Positions 40,820-51,237 of a stretch of 64,000 nucleotides of DNA are shown in pieces (position 1 is the stretch's first letter; each line of letters starts with the position of its first letter). The translations under genes were made by a program, and so were the position numbers. The notes beneath the pieces are model-generated. The model saw nothing but the letters and a program-made list of their open reading frames with translations, was not told the origin of the DNA and searched no databases. Origin of the DNA: Clostridia bacterium. Its GTDB lineage: Bacteria > Bacillota > Peptococcia > Peptococcales > SKKY01. The stretch spans positions 4,778 through 68,777 of the forward strand of contig RZYW01000001.1 in the NCBI GenBank assembly GCA_009930175.1, read 5' to 3'.

Positions 40820-42885
40820 TATTTAAGATTCACCGTCCCCACAACTTCAATATTTACATTCTGCGGAATTTCATTATATGAAAGTACTGGTATTGATGGA
40901 AAATTTCTTTCTATTAACCTTCTGAAGTATAGTCTTATTATCGGAGGAGTTAATACTGCGGGCTGAAGCCCCATTACAGCATTTTTCTCGATAATTGCTG
41001 AAAGTTCATTGGCGACAGATTGAGCCTGTCTTGGCTCAAGAGCAAGATAGTTTCCTCCATCTGTTTCTTGAACACTGTTTCTGATAATTTTTTCTGTTTC
41101 TGGTGAAAGTGTTATTACATTTAAAGTGTTATTTTCTATATATGAATTTATTATTTGTCTTGAAATGGATTGTCTTACATACTCTGTAAGAATATCAAGA
41201 TCTTTAGTAACGCCAGAGTAGTCCCCTATAGCTTCAAAAATAGTAACCATGTCTCTTACTGGCACTCTTTCACTAAGCAAATTAACAATAATTCTGTGAA
41301 CCTCACTTAATGATAATAGTCTAGGAATAACTTCATCAACAACTGATGGAGAAGTTTCTTTAACATGATTTATAATATTTTGTACATCTTGTCTGGAAAT
41401 TATTTCAGTAGCGTGGTTCTTTATAAATTCTGTAAGATGCGTGGATAATACAGATGGCGGATCTACAACTGTACATCCGGAAATTTCTGCCTCTTCCCTG
41501 TCTTTTTCTTCTATCCAAAGAGCTGGTAAGCCAAAGGCTGGCTCCAGGGTTTCTGTTCCTGCAAGCTGCAGTTCTTCTCCTGGATTCATTGCAAGTAACC
41601 TATCTAGAAGAAGCTCTCCTTCAGCCATAACTACACCTTTTAGTTTAATTAAATATTTATTTGGTTCTAACTGCATGTTGTCCCTTATTCTAACAGGGGG
41701 AACTACAATTCCTAGTTCTATTGCTATTTGTCTTCTAATTAAAATTACCCTATCCAGAAGATCCCCACCCTGATTTGCATCAACTAGAGGTATTAAACCA
41801 TAACCTAACTCTAATTCTAAAGTATCAACATTTAACAGGTTAAATACATTCTCAGGTTTTTTTGTTTCTTCTACTTCGGCTTCTATTTCATCAACTTCAT
41901 CTTTTTCTATACTTTCCCTGACTGTTTTTCTCATAACATAAGCAATATAAATTAAAAATCCACCTATTGTTGCAAAAGGAAAGAAAGGTAACCCTGGTAC
42001 TGCTGCAAGACCGAAAAGAAATATCCCTGTAATGGTTAGAACTTTCGGATTATCTAGAATCTGAGATACCATATCACTACCCAGATTTGCATCAGAAGCA
42101 GCTTTTGTAACAATTATACCTGTTGCAGTAGACAACAAAAGTGCAGGGATTTGAGATACTAATCCATCACCCACAGTAAGTAGAGTAAATCTTACAGCTA
42201 CTTCTCCAATGCTTCCCATATTTAATTGAAAGGTACCTATTATTATACCACCAGTTATATTGATCAGGGTAATTACTATACCTGCTATAGCATCACCTTT
42301 TACAAATTTTGTTGCACCATCCATAGCTCCGTAAAAATCTGCTTGTCTTTGAATATCTATCCTTCTCTGACGAGCTTCTATGTCATTAATTAGTCCTGCG
42401 TTTAAGTCTGCATCTATAGCCATTTGCTTACCTGGCATTGCATCTAAAGTAAATCTGGCAGCTACTTCTGCTACTCTTTCAGAACCTTTTGTAATTACAA
42501 TAAATTGAATTAATACTAAGATTAAGAAAACAATTAAACCAACAATTGGATTTCCACCAACAACGAAATTACCAAATTGTTCAATAACCTCTCCAGCGTC
42601 TCCTTCCAATAAGATTAATCTTGTGGAAGATACGTTAAGAGCTAATCTGAATAATGTCATAATTAACAATAATGCCGGGAATATTGAAAACTGCAAAGGG
42701 TCTTCATTATACATGGCAACAAGCAATATAATTAAAGCAAGAGATATATTAAATACTATCAATAAGCTTAAAAGCCAGGTTGGTAAAGGAATAATCATCA
42801 TAACAACGATCATAATTACTCCAACGGCTACCATAATATCACTATATTTAGTTAGTAAACTTAAACTATTGTCTGTCTTTGCCAT
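40819..42885 (-). CDS. flhA: Flagellar export apparatus protein FlhA
   Basis: 688 aa with an N-terminal TM domain containing the FHIPEP signature region and a cytoplasmic C-domain. Confidence 0.95.
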   Translation of the reverse strand: MAKTDNSLSLLTKYSDIMVAVGVIMIVVMMIIPLPTWLLSLLIVFNISLALIILLVAMYNEDPLQFSIFPALLLIMTLFRLALNVSSTRLILLEGDAGEVIEQFGNFVVGGNPIVGLIVFLILVLIQFIVITKGSERVAEVAARFTLDAMPGKQMAIDADLNAGLINDIEARQRRIDIQRQADFYGAMDGATKFVKGDAIAGIVITLINITGGIIIGTFQLNMGSIGEVAVRFTLLTVGDGLVSQIPALLLSTATGIIVTKAASDANLGSDMVSQILDNPKVLTITGIFLFGLAAVPGLPFFPFATIGGFLIYIAYVMRKTVRESIEKDEVDEIEAEVEETKKPENVFNLLNVDTLELELGYGLIPLVDANQGGDLLDRVILIRRQIAIELGIVVPPVRIRDNMQLEPNKYLIKLKGVVMAEGELLLDRLLAMNPGEELQLAGTETLEPAFGLPALWIEEKDREEAEISGCTVVDPPSVLSTHLTEFIKNHATEIISRQDVQNIINHVKETSPSVVDEVIPRLLSLSEVHRIIVNLLSERVPVRDMVTIFEAIGDYSGVTKDLDILTEYVRQSISRQIINSYIENNTLNVITLSPETEKIIRNSVQETDGGNYLALEPRQAQSVANELSAIIEKNAVMGLQPAVLTPPIIRLYFRRLIERNFPSIPVLSYNEIPQNVNIEVVGTVNLK

Positions 42886-42896
42886 TTATTCACCCA

Positions 42897-43979
42897 TTAA
42901 ATTATTTTATTTTTTAATTTATATACGTAGGCAAGTACTTCTGCCACCGCCTGGAACATTTCTCCTGGTATTTCCTGACCTATCTCTACATTATAATACA
43001 AAGCACGGGCCAATGGTTTATCTTCATATAAAATAATATTATTTTCTTTTGCAGCTTCTCTAATTTTTATTGCCACATAATCCTGCCCTTTAGCAATTAC
43101 TTTTGGAGCTGCCATACCTGGAACATATTTTAAAGCTACAGCAAAATGTGTTGGGTTAGTTATAACTACATCCGCAGTTGGAACTTCCTGCATCATTCTA
43201 CTCATTGCCATTTGTCTTTGTTTTTCTTTTATTTTACTTTTAATTAAAGGGTCCCCTTCAATATTTTTATATTCATCTTTAATTTCCTGCTTTGACATTT
43301 TTTGATTTTCCGTATAATCGTATTTTTGAAAAATAAAATCAATAATTGCCAATATAAGCAAAAATAACAAAACTCTCCATATTATTGAAAAAATTAATTC
43401 TCCAATAAATACAAGAGATACTTGAATATCCATATCCATAAATTGTGGGAAAGTCATTGTTCTGTTTTTTATAACCGTATAACTTAAGTAAAGAATCCCT
43501 GCTATTTTAAAAATTGATTTAAATAATTCCATTAGTGTTCTTTTAGAAAAAATCTTTTGGAAACCTTTTATTGGATCAATTTTTTCCAATTTCATTTTTA
43601 ATGGTTCTGTTGTAAACAAAAAACCAATTTGAAGATAATTTGCCAAAACACCTGCAATCATACTTAGTACCATTATAGGTAAAACAATTCTGGCTAACCA
43701 AAGCAAAGTGGTTATATATATGTGTTGAACACTTTCGATAGTGACTGTAGCATTTGTATCAAACTGGAAAAAAGTTATGAACAAAGCTTCCATATTTCTT
43801 ATCATGTCCCCCATAAATATCCTAAGAAAAATTAGTGTAACCAGCAAAATAACTGCTGAATTTATTTCAACACTTTTTGCAACCTGGCCTTTTTTCCTGG
43901 CATCTTCCAGTTTTTTAGGGGTTGGTTTTTCAGTTTTCTCTCCAGCAAATAACTGGAGGTTAACGTAATATCTGTTCAT
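42897..43979 (-). CDS. flhB: Flagellar export switch protein FlhB
   Basis: 360 aa with the autocleavage motif NPTH (VVITNPTHFAVAL). Confidence 0.95.
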   Translation of the reverse strand: MNRYYVNLQLFAGEKTEKPTPKKLEDARKKGQVAKSVEINSAVILLVTLIFLRIFMGDMIRNMEALFITFFQFDTNATVTIESVQHIYITTLLWLARIVLPIMVLSMIAGVLANYLQIGFLFTTEPLKMKLEKIDPIKGFQKIFSKRTLMELFKSIFKIAGILYLSYTVIKNRTMTFPQFMDMDIQVSLVFIGELIFSIIWRVLLFLLILAIIDFIFQKYDYTENQKMSKQEIKDEYKNIEGDPLIKSKIKEKQRQMAMSRMMQEVPTADVVITNPTHFAVALKYVPGMAAPKVIAKGQDYVAIKIREAAKENNIILYEDKPLARALYYNVEIGQEIPGEMFQAVAEVLAYVYKLKNKII

Positions 43980-44758
43980 GATAACACCCTTATCAAAGTA
44001 TAGATATCGGTAAAAGATTTTTCAAAAAACGCACTTAACATATATATATATAAAGGAATAATTATTATAGTAAGTATAAATCCTATCCCAATTTTTAAGG
44101 GCATACCAATCATAAAAACATTCATTTGAGGTACTGTTCTTGCTATTATTCCAAGAATGAAATCTGTTGCAAATAATGCTCCTACATATGGCAGCGCTAT
44201 TTTTAATGCCACAACAAAAAGATTAGTTGTAATATAAATAATAAAGTTCATTAAATTCATATCTACAGTAAAATTACCCAGGGGAATTATTTGATAAGAC
44301 TTCATTAATGCATCAAGTAATAAAATATGACCATTTAGGGATAAGTAAAAAAACATTGTTAAAAAATATTTAAAAGTACCCATTACCGGCATTTGAGCAC
44401 CTGACTGGGGGTCAACTACGTTCACAATACCAAAACCCATTTGCATATCTATTAATTGACCTGCTAAATTTATGGCATCAAAGAACAAGGTTGCGACAAA
44501 TCCAATGGACAGCCCTATTGCGAATTCGCTTAAAGCATATATAAAAAAAAGCAGTAAGGACGATTCAATGGTTAAGAAAGGGGTATCAACCATAGTTGGT
44601 ACAACCAGGATACTGATCAGCATTGCTAATGCAGCTTTCATCATTGATAATACATTCCTACTGCTAAATAGTGGTGCAATAATCAGAAAACCAATTATTC
44701 TGAAAAAGACCATCAGATATGTGGGAAAACTTTCATAAAAAATTTGAATATATTCCAT
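43976..44758 (-). CDS. fliR: Flagellar export protein FliR
   Basis: 260 aa multi-TM protein in the conserved position between fliQ and flhB. Its stop overlaps the flhB start. Confidence 0.9.
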   Translation of the reverse strand: MEYIQIFYESFPTYLMVFFRIIGFLIIAPLFSSRNVLSMMKAALAMLISILVVPTMVDTPFLTIESSLLLFFIYALSEFAIGLSIGFVATLFFDAINLAGQLIDMQMGFGIVNVVDPQSGAQMPVMGTFKYFLTMFFYLSLNGHILLLDALMKSYQIIPLGNFTVDMNLMNFIIYITTNLFVVALKIALPYVGALFATDFILGIIARTVPQMNVFMIGMPLKIGIGFILTIIIIPLYIYMLSAFFEKSFTDIYTLIRVLS

Positions 44759-44761
44759 AAT

Positions 44762-45031
44762 TTAACTTCCTAATCTTGTCATAATTGTAAATAAATTCTG
44801 GGTAAAGGCTATAAGAATATTAAGCATCCAGGGGCCAAGAACAACAATCATAACAAAAATTGCAACTATTTTTGGAACAAAAGTAAGTGTTTGTTCTTGA
44901 ATCTGAGTAGTTGCCTGGAAAATACTGATAGTTAAACCAATAAGAATACTACCTATTAATAAGGGCCCGGAAATAAGAAGCACTGTATAAACTGCTTCTC
45001 TACCTATGTATATAACCAATTCTGGAGTCAT
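44762..45031 (-). CDS. fliQ: Flagellar export protein FliQ
   Basis: 89 aa with two TM segments and a typical FliQ sequence (QATTQIQEQTLTFVPK). Confidence 0.9.
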   Translation of the reverse strand: MTPELVIYIGREAVYTVLLISGPLLIGSILIGLTISIFQATTQIQEQTLTFVPKIVAIFVMIVVLGPWMLNILIAFTQNLFTIMTRLGS

Positions 45032-45048
45032 TTTTATCCTTCTCCTTC

Positions 45049-45801
45049 CTAAAAGCCTGTAATCAGTGACCTTACTACCATATGCCAGCCATCTACCAGA
45101 ACAAATAATAAAATTTTAAAAGGCAAGGAAATCATCATTGGGGGTAACATCATCATACCCATAGACATTAGTACACTTGCTACTATCATATCTATTACCA
45201 GGAATGGAATAAATATTAAGAAACCAATTTGAAAGGCTGTTTTAATTTCACTTATAACAAAAGCTGGAACTAATACATATAAAGGAACATCATCTTTTGT
45301 CTCCGGTCTGATTGTATCTGATGCGCTTATAAACATCGCTAAATCTGCTTCCCTGGTGTATTTAAACATAAATTCCCTTACAGGACTTAGAGCATTGTCT
45401 AAAGCTTCTCCCTGGGAAATTTCTTCATTCATATATGGTTGGATTGCATTAGTATTTACTTCTGAAAATACCGGACTCATAACAAAAAAAGTTATAAAAA
45501 GGGCTAACCCAATAATAACCTGATTTGGTGGCATTTGTTGTGTAGCTAAACCTTGGCGGACAAAGGAAAGAACAATAACCACCCTGGTAAATGATGTCAT
45601 TAAAATTAGAATTCCAGGTGCTAAGGTTAAAATTGTTAGTAAAAAAACAATTTGCAGACTCATAGCTACATCTTCTGGCTCTGTTGCATTTGTCAGGCCA
45701 AGTTCAATTCCGGGAATTGTAAATTCCTGAGCATAAACACCAGGTATGCATAAAGAAAAAATAATTAATAATATTATTAATGAAAATTTATTTTTATTCA
45801 T
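45049..45801 (-). CDS. fliP: Flagellar export protein FliP
   Basis: Has conserved FliP motifs (LTILTLAPGILILMTSFTR, ISEIKTAFQIGF). The likely start is the ATG at 45801 (MNKNKFS, signal peptide), directly after the fliO stop at 45803. The track start at 45912 is over-extended into fliO. Confidence 0.95.
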   Translation of the reverse strand: MNKNKFSLIILLIIFSLCIPGVYAQEFTIPGIELGLTNATEPEDVAMSLQIVFLLTILTLAPGILILMTSFTRVVIVLSFVRQGLATQQMPPNQVIIGLALFITFFVMSPVFSEVNTNAIQPYMNEEISQGEALDNALSPVREFMFKYTREADLAMFISASDTIRPETKDDVPLYVLVPAFVISEIKTAFQIGFLIFIPFLVIDMIVASVLMSMGMMMLPPMMISLPFKILLFVLVDGWHMVVRSLITGF

Positions 45802-45802
45802 A

Positions 45803-46330
45803 CTAATCCCTTTTCTTCTTAAAATACTTTTCAGCAAGTTTAATATTTTGTTTAAGATGATTTTGAAAAGATTCTTGTTCTTTCTTTTTAAAAGGATTAA
45901 AGGTGAAATCATTAAACTCTTTATTTAAAATCATTTCACTCTTAATTTTTTCAAAATCCTGATTATCTATTTTAGTTAAAAGATTAAGGGAGTTCTCAGT
46001 GCTTCCAATAACATAACCTTCATTATTAATTTCTACTAAATACAGGCCTCTGTTATTTCCCATATAATTAAAATCAAGGACATTGGACCAGTTGCCTTCA
46101 CGGTATTTTGGCTCATTTTTTTTAGTAATATATTTCAAAGTAAAATACAACAAGGACACAACAAAAATAACTGCAATCAGGTACCTTACCAATAAAAAAC
46201 CAATATTGGTGGTACCCTCAGTTAAATTTATCGCATCCGGAGTATTCTCGGGAAGATTTAGTTCTTGATTTGCAAATGTAAGGACAGGAATTAAGACCAT
46301 TATGCAAATATAAGTAATTATTTTTCTCAT
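45803..46330 (-). CDS. fliO: FliO/FliZ-like flagellar export accessory protein
   Basis: 175 aa with an N-terminal signal-like segment plus one TM segment. The call rests mainly on its position between cheY and fliP. Sequence conservation in this family is weak. Confidence 0.6.
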   Translation of the reverse strand: MRKIITYICIMVLIPVLTFANQELNLPENTPDAINLTEGTTNIGFLLVRYLIAVIFVVSLLYFTLKYITKKNEPKYREGNWSNVLDFNYMGNNRGLYLVEINNEGYVIGSTENSLNLLTKIDNQDFEKIKSEMILNKEFNDFTFNPFKKKEQESFQNHLKQNIKLAEKYFKKKRD

Positions 46331-46689
46331 GACAGAGCCTTTGAAACAGCCTCCAGAACCCTGTCTGCCTGGAAAGGCTTAACAATAAAATCTCTTGCTC
46401 CAGCTTGAATTGCTTCAACAACCATAGCTTGCTGTACCATAGCACTGCACATTACAATTCTTGCACTTGGATCTGATTGTTTAATTTTTTTCAATGCCTC
46501 AATTCCGTCCATTTCTGGCATTGTAATATCCATTGTAACCAAGTCTGGCTTAAGTTCTGCATATTTTTCAACTGCAACAGCACCGTTTTCTGCTTCTCCA
46601 ACTACTTCAAAACCATTTTTGGACAAAATATCCTTAATCATCATTCTCATAAATGCCGCATCATCAACAATCAAAATTCTCTGTGCCAT
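46327..46689 (-). CDS. cheY: Chemotaxis response regulator CheY
   Basis: 120 aa single receiver domain (ILIVDDAAFMR, TMDITMPEMDG, K in IVKPF). Confidence 0.9.
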   Translation of the reverse strand: MAQRILIVDDAAFMRMMIKDILSKNGFEVVGEAENGAVAVEKYAELKPDLVTMDITMPEMDGIEALKKIKQSDPSARIVMCSAMVQQAMVVEAIQAGARDFIVKPFQADRVLEAVSKALS

Positions 46690-46704
46690 TATATCTTTCC
46701 CCTT

Positions 46705-47862
46705 TTATTGTAATTTTTTAACCCGTTCTATAGGACTAACAATATCGAGTATTCTTACCCCAAAATTCTCATCTATAACAACCACTTCACCTTTGGCAAA
46801 CAATTTACCATTTATCATTAGGTCTACTGCTTCCCCTGCTAACTTATTTAATTCTATTATAGAACCTGTTGAGAAATCAAGAATTTCTTTTACTGTTTTC
46901 TGCGTACGGCCCAATTCAACTGAAACATTAAGAGCAACATCAAGGATAAGATCAAGATTTTGTGAACCTGTAACATTAACACTATAATCCAGCTGCTGGA
47001 ACTCTGCAGGAGATACATTAATATTATTTTGATTATTTCTTGAATCATTCATTGGTTGCTGTGAATAGTTACCTCCTGAATAATTTTCTTCCTGAGGTCT
47101 TGGATTGTTTTGTGGCTGAGCTTGAGCTGCAACTGGTGTTTCTTTTCTTTGAACTTCCTGACTTCCTGAAGGAGTAGAACCTATATTTCCAATCAATGAA
47201 ACTGCCATTTCCTTAGCAAAATCAAGAGGAATAATTTGAACTAATTTACTATCAATTAAACCTTCAATTTGCATATTAAAAGTAACTAAAGCAATTTTAT
47301 TAAGTGTTGGATCTAAGAATTTTAAACCTTCTTCAGAAATATTAACAATTTCTACCTGAGGGGGAGCAATGTTAATTGGTCTGTTTACCAAAGTAGCCAT
47401 GGAAGTGGCTGCTGATCCCATCATTTGATTCATAGCTTCACTTACAGCGCTAAGATGGAGTTCGCTTAATTCTTCAACTTCTGGTTTTCCTTCTCCACCC
47501 ATCATCAAATCGGCAATAATAGCTGCATCCATATTCTTAAGAATAAGGACATTGCTGCCTACTAATCCTTCAGTGTATTTTACATCTACTACTGTGTGCG
47601 GATAACCATACTCAATTTCAAAGTCTTTAACACTAATTATTTTAACGGATGGAACCGTTATTGATACTTTTTTACCAAGTAAGGTTGAAAGAGTAGTTGA
47701 AGCTGTTCCTAAAGTAATGTTCGATACTTCTCCAACGGCGTCCCTTTCAATATCACTAAGCTCATCACCACTGATATCTTCAGGAATAAAATCTGACTCA
47801 ACATCGTCAGAACCTCTTAATAAGGCATCTATTTCCGCTTGGGATAATAATCCATCGCTCAT
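46705..47862 (-). CDS. fliY: Flagellar motor switch protein FliY (CheC-like phosphatase domain fused to FliN)
   Basis: 385 aa with an N-terminal CheY-binding LSQAEIDALL, two ExxN motifs (GEVSNI, SEAMNQ), a Q/N/P-rich linker, and a C-terminal FliN/SpoA domain. Confidence 0.85.
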   Translation of the reverse strand: MSDGLLSQAEIDALLRGSDDVESDFIPEDISGDELSDIERDAVGEVSNITLGTASTTLSTLLGKKVSITVPSVKIISVKDFEIEYGYPHTVVDVKYTEGLVGSNVLILKNMDAAIIADLMMGGEGKPEVEELSELHLSAVSEAMNQMMGSAATSMATLVNRPINIAPPQVEIVNISEEGLKFLDPTLNKIALVTFNMQIEGLIDSKLVQIIPLDFAKEMAVSLIGNIGSTPSGSQEVQRKETPVAAQAQPQNNPRPQEENYSGGNYSQQPMNDSRNNQNNINVSPAEFQQLDYSVNVTGSQNLDLILDVALNVSVELGRTQKTVKEILDFSTGSIIELNKLAGEAVDLMINGKLFAKGEVVVIDENFGVRILDIVSPIERVKKLQ

Positions 47863-48869
47863 ATAACTTCATCCTCCTCTGCATTATCATTATCAAATAT
47901 AGGCCTGGTTATTTGTACCCCAATTGATTTACCAACTAAACCAAGCTTCCCTTTGAATTTTTTTCTTTTTTGAACTTTTATATCAATTTCATCATCAACA
48001 TGTTTTTCCAGATTTATTACATCACCAACTCTGAACTCTAACAGGTCTTTGATGGTTATGTAAGTTTCTCCCAAAACAGCAGATACATCCATTTTAGTTC
48101 TTTTTACTTTACTGTTAAGGGTATTAATAATATCTTCTGTTTGTGTTTTACTTTCAGAACCATACCAGAATTTTGCATTAAGCTTGTTGCCAATTGGTTC
48201 AAGACTGTAACATGGTATACAAATATTCATAAAACCTTCAAGTTCTTCTCCAAGCTGGATGTTTAATGTAATTAAAATTACCATCTCTGTAGGTGATACT
48301 ATCTGGCTAAATGTAGGGTTTGTTTCCAAAGACTCAAAAAGCGGGTTCACATCAATAATGTTTTCCCAGGATTCTCTTAAATGATCAAGCATTTCCTTCA
48401 TAAACCTGCTTACAACAATTTCTTCAATTTCTGTCAAAGGTCTTGCTTTAAAGTTTGTTACCCCTGGTCCTCCAAAAAGTTTGTCTATAATGAAAAAAAC
48501 TAGCTGAGGATTAAATTCCAAAACTGATTTTCCTTCCAATGGGTCTAGCTGGAAGATATTAATTATCGTTGGATTTGGAACAGACCTGATAAATTCGTCA
48601 TAAGTCAATTGTTCAACAGAAGCAACCTTTATGCTTACTCTTGTTCTTAATTTACCAGAAAGCATTGTGGAAACTAAGCGAGCAAAATTTTCATGAATAA
48701 ATTGAAGAGTTTTTAACTGATCTTTTGAAAACTTATTTGGCCTTTTGAAATTATAGAGAGATATTTTTTTGTCAGATTCTTTTTCCTTCATTTCCTCTGC
48801 ATCTACAGCTCCGGTTTGCAGGGCATTTAAAAGGGAATCTATCTCCTCCTGAGACAGGATATCAGCCAT
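47859..48869 (-). CDS. fliM: Flagellar motor switch protein FliM
   Basis: 336 aa with the N-terminal LSQEEIDSLL CheY-P binding motif, a middle CheC-like domain, and a C-terminal SpoA domain. Confidence 0.9.
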   Translation of the reverse strand: MADILSQEEIDSLLNALQTGAVDAEEMKEKESDKKISLYNFKRPNKFSKDQLKTLQFIHENFARLVSTMLSGKLRTRVSIKVASVEQLTYDEFIRSVPNPTIINIFQLDPLEGKSVLEFNPQLVFFIIDKLFGGPGVTNFKARPLTEIEEIVVSRFMKEMLDHLRESWENIIDVNPLFESLETNPTFSQIVSPTEMVILITLNIQLGEELEGFMNICIPCYSLEPIGNKLNAKFWYGSESKTQTEDIINTLNSKVKRTKMDVSAVLGETYITIKDLLEFRVGDVINLEKHVDDEIDIKVQKRKKFKGKLGLVGKSIGVQITRPIFDNDNAEEDEVI

Positions 48870-48900
48870 TTTTCCACCTCTCTAACAATTTAAAGAATAT

Positions 48901-49362
48901 TTATTGCCATACAAATACTTCAAAAAAGATATTGGTAACTTCACCATCATCAAGTATATCATTTAGGGCACCCATTAATTGTGCTCCTATTTTATCCTTT
49001 GATCCGGGTAATTCTAAATCCTCTAAAGTAAGATTTCCTAAAACTCTTAATACTGAATGATTAAACATAGGAAGTTTTGTATTTATTTCTGTTAGTACTT
49101 TTTTATTGTCAACTTCAACTGAAAACTGAGTTCTTAAGAACCTTCTTCCCCCAGCATCTAAAAGGTTAACGGTATATTCCTCTGTTTGAAAAACTGGTCC
49201 TATTGATGTTTTATCTTCATCACTTCCCCCACCGGAAAGCATGTTAAAACCAATAATAAAAACTGCTGCCAGTACTATTAATAAAAGTACTGCCCCACCA
49301 ATAATTAACAATTTACTGGTACCCTTTTTTTCGTTTTTCTGAACATTTTCTTTTTCTTCCAT
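48901..49362 (-). CDS. fliL: Flagellar basal body-associated protein FliL
   Basis: 153 aa with a single TM segment and a conserved FliL core (YTVNLLDAGGRRFLRTQFSVEV). Confidence 0.8.
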   Translation of the reverse strand: MEEKENVQKNEKKGTSKLLIIGGAVLLLIVLAAVFIIGFNMLSGGGSDEDKTSIGPVFQTEEYTVNLLDAGGRRFLRTQFSVEVDNKKVLTEINTKLPMFNHSVLRVLGNLTLEDLELPGSKDKIGAQLMGALNDILDDGEVTNIFFEVFVWQ

Positions 49363-49390
49363 TATATATACCCTAATTTTAAACTAAAAA

Positions 49391-50173
49391 TTAGTTTAAA
49401 ACTACCCTTTCTTCAGTATAAGAAACATCATCTCTTAAAACAATTATATCAACTCTTCGGTTTTTTTGCCTTGATTCTCTGTCAATATTGGCAACTAAGG
49501 GATAATATTCCCCAAATACTCCACCAGACATTCTGAAAGGATCCATTCCACCATTTTCTACAAGATATCTTAACACATTTGTTGCTCTGGCAGCAGATAA
49601 TTCCCAGTTTGTTGCATAAGTCCTGGGGTCTGTAGGAACATCATCAGTATGTCCTTCAATTCTATAGTACCTGTCAATACCCCTTAATGTATTAGCAACT
49701 TCGTTTAAAGCTGTTCTTGCTTCTGGTCGCAGCACTGCTCGGCCACTATCAAAAAGCAAAGTATCCTGAAGTCTTACCAGAACACCTCTTTCATTAAGTT
49801 GTACGATTATTTCTCCCCTGGATATTTCTTCACTTAGCTCTTCCCTGAGTTGCTGGACAATTTCCTGAAGTTCCTGGATATCCTGCTTCTCAGCTTCTGC
49901 TGCATCAACAGCCGTAAGAATACTATCACTAATGGAGTCTGGATCTGTACCCTGATTTAGTAAATCAGTTTGATTCAAAGTTTCTCCTCCATCCAGCACT
50001 CCTATAGAACCTTTAAGAGAAGAAACAACCATTTTCCATTTTACAGTATCTGTTGATGAATAAGCAAAAAGTAAAATAAAGAAACAAAGAACGAGAGTAA
50101 TCATATCCCCATAAGTAGTCATCCATAAAGGAGCTCCTGGAGGGTTCTGAACTACTTTCTTTTTTCTGGCCAT
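49391..50173 (-). CDS. motB: Flagellar stator protein MotB (OmpA-like C-terminus)
   Basis: 260 aa with an N-terminal TM segment containing the conserved Asp (WMTTYGDMITLL) and an OmpA/PG-binding domain (GHTD...N..LS..RA..V..YL, NRRV). Confidence 0.9.
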   Translation of the reverse strand: MARKKKVVQNPPGAPLWMTTYGDMITLVLCFFILLFAYSSTDTVKWKMVVSSLKGSIGVLDGGETLNQTDLLNQGTDPDSISDSILTAVDAAEAEKQDIQELQEIVQQLREELSEEISRGEIIVQLNERGVLVRLQDTLLFDSGRAVLRPEARTALNEVANTLRGIDRYYRIEGHTDDVPTDPRTYATNWELSAARATNVLRYLVENGGMDPFRMSGGVFGEYYPLVANIDRESRQKNRRVDIIVLRDDVSYTEERVVLN

Positions 50174-50175
50174 TT

Positions 50176-50958
50176 TTACTCAACCTCTTCATTTTTTTCA
50201 AAAGCTTTTCTTGATGAAGGACTTAAGAAAGCTTTCATTTTTTCTGCAACAATTCTTGGGTTTTCACCCGCCTGAATTGACAAAATTCCCTCAATTACTA
50301 ATTGTTTATTTAATATTTCATCTGCACTTCTTAATTTTAATTTACCTGCAATTGGTATAAAAAATAAGTTTGCTAAAAAAGAACCATATAAAGTTGTTAT
50401 TAATGCTGTAGCCATACCAGGTCCAATTGCTGAAGGGTCTGACAAGTTTCCTAACATAAGAATAAGTCCGATTAAAGTACCAATCATACCAAAAGCTGGA
50501 GCAGATGCTCCCATGCCATCAAAAATTGAGGCACCAGTTCTATGTCTTTCCTCAAGGAAGCTTAATTCAGTTTCTAAAATTTCCCTAACTAGTTCAGCAT
50601 CTGTTCCGTCAACAATAAGTTCTACACCTTTTTTCATAAAATCATCATCGAGAGTTTCAGCCTCAGCTTCAAGAGCCAGTAAGCCTTCTCTTCTTGCTTT
50701 TTCAGCAAATCTGACAATATTATCAATAACTTCCTTTGGCTCTTCATGCTTATTTTGCATAAAAGCAATTTTTACAATTTTTGCAGATCCTATAACCTGA
50801 GATAAATTAAAATTAATAAGGGTTGCTGCAATTGTTCCTCCAAATACAATAAGTATAGAAGATACACTTACAAAAGGACCTAATGCTCCCTGTAACATTA
50901 TTGAGCTTAATATTAATCCAATCCCTAATATAACACCTGTTAAACTACCTACATCCAT
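50176..50958 (-). CDS. motA: Flagellar stator protein MotA
   Basis: 260 aa with 4 TM segments and the MotA/TolQ/ExbB channel motif (PAFGMIGTLIGLI ... ALITTLYG). Confidence 0.9.
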   Translation of the reverse strand: MDVGSLTGVILGIGLILSSIMLQGALGPFVSVSSILIVFGGTIAATLINFNLSQVIGSAKIVKIAFMQNKHEEPKEVIDNIVRFAEKARREGLLALEAEAETLDDDFMKKGVELIVDGTDAELVREILETELSFLEERHRTGASIFDGMGASAPAFGMIGTLIGLILMLGNLSDPSAIGPGMATALITTLYGSFLANLFFIPIAGKLKLRSADEILNKQLVIEGILSIQAGENPRIVAEKMKAFLSPSSRKAFEKNEEVE

Positions 50959-50979
50959 TACCCGGGCACCCCTTTTGTC

Positions 50980-51186
50980 TTATTGTTTACATATAACCCT
51001 TGGTGGTCCTGCTGCTTCTTTTCTGAATTCAATTACTTTTTCAACTACTTCATCAGCAGTCTCTTTAACTGTAATTTTTTTGCCTGTTATTAATGTTATC
51101 ATGGTATCTGGTGTTTCTTCAATGCTTTCTATCAAATCCGAGTTAATATAGAACTCTTTCCCCTGAAATTTAGTAAGACTGATCAT
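50980..51186 (-). CDS. flbD: Flagellar protein FlbD
   Basis: 68 aa. MISLTKFQGKEFYINSDLIESIEETPDTMITL is typical of FlbD. It sits upstream of motA, as in Clostridia and spirochaetes. Confidence 0.8.
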   Translation of the reverse strand: MISLTKFQGKEFYINSDLIESIEETPDTMITLITGKKITVKETADEVVEKVIEFRKEAAGPPRVICKQ

Positions 51187-51211
51187 AATGACACCGTCCT
51201 TTTTTTAATAA

Positions 51212-51237
51212 TCAGGGGGTATTTTTACCCCCTGATA
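51212..51237 (-). other. GC-rich 11-bp stem-loop between flgE and flbD, without a U-tract
   Basis: AUCAGGGGGUA-aaaa-UACCCCCUGAU on the minus-strand RNA. It is followed by UAUUAAAAAAAGG (A-rich, not U-rich), so it is not a canonical terminator in the sense orientation. Confidence 0.5.

Noticed and set aside
44004-44030. ACCGATAT (7/8 match to the sigma-D -10) at the fliR 3' end upstream of flhB
   Set aside because: There is no TAAA-like -35 at 15-16 nt spacing (that position reads GTTT). A -10 match alone is expected by chance several times in 64 kb.
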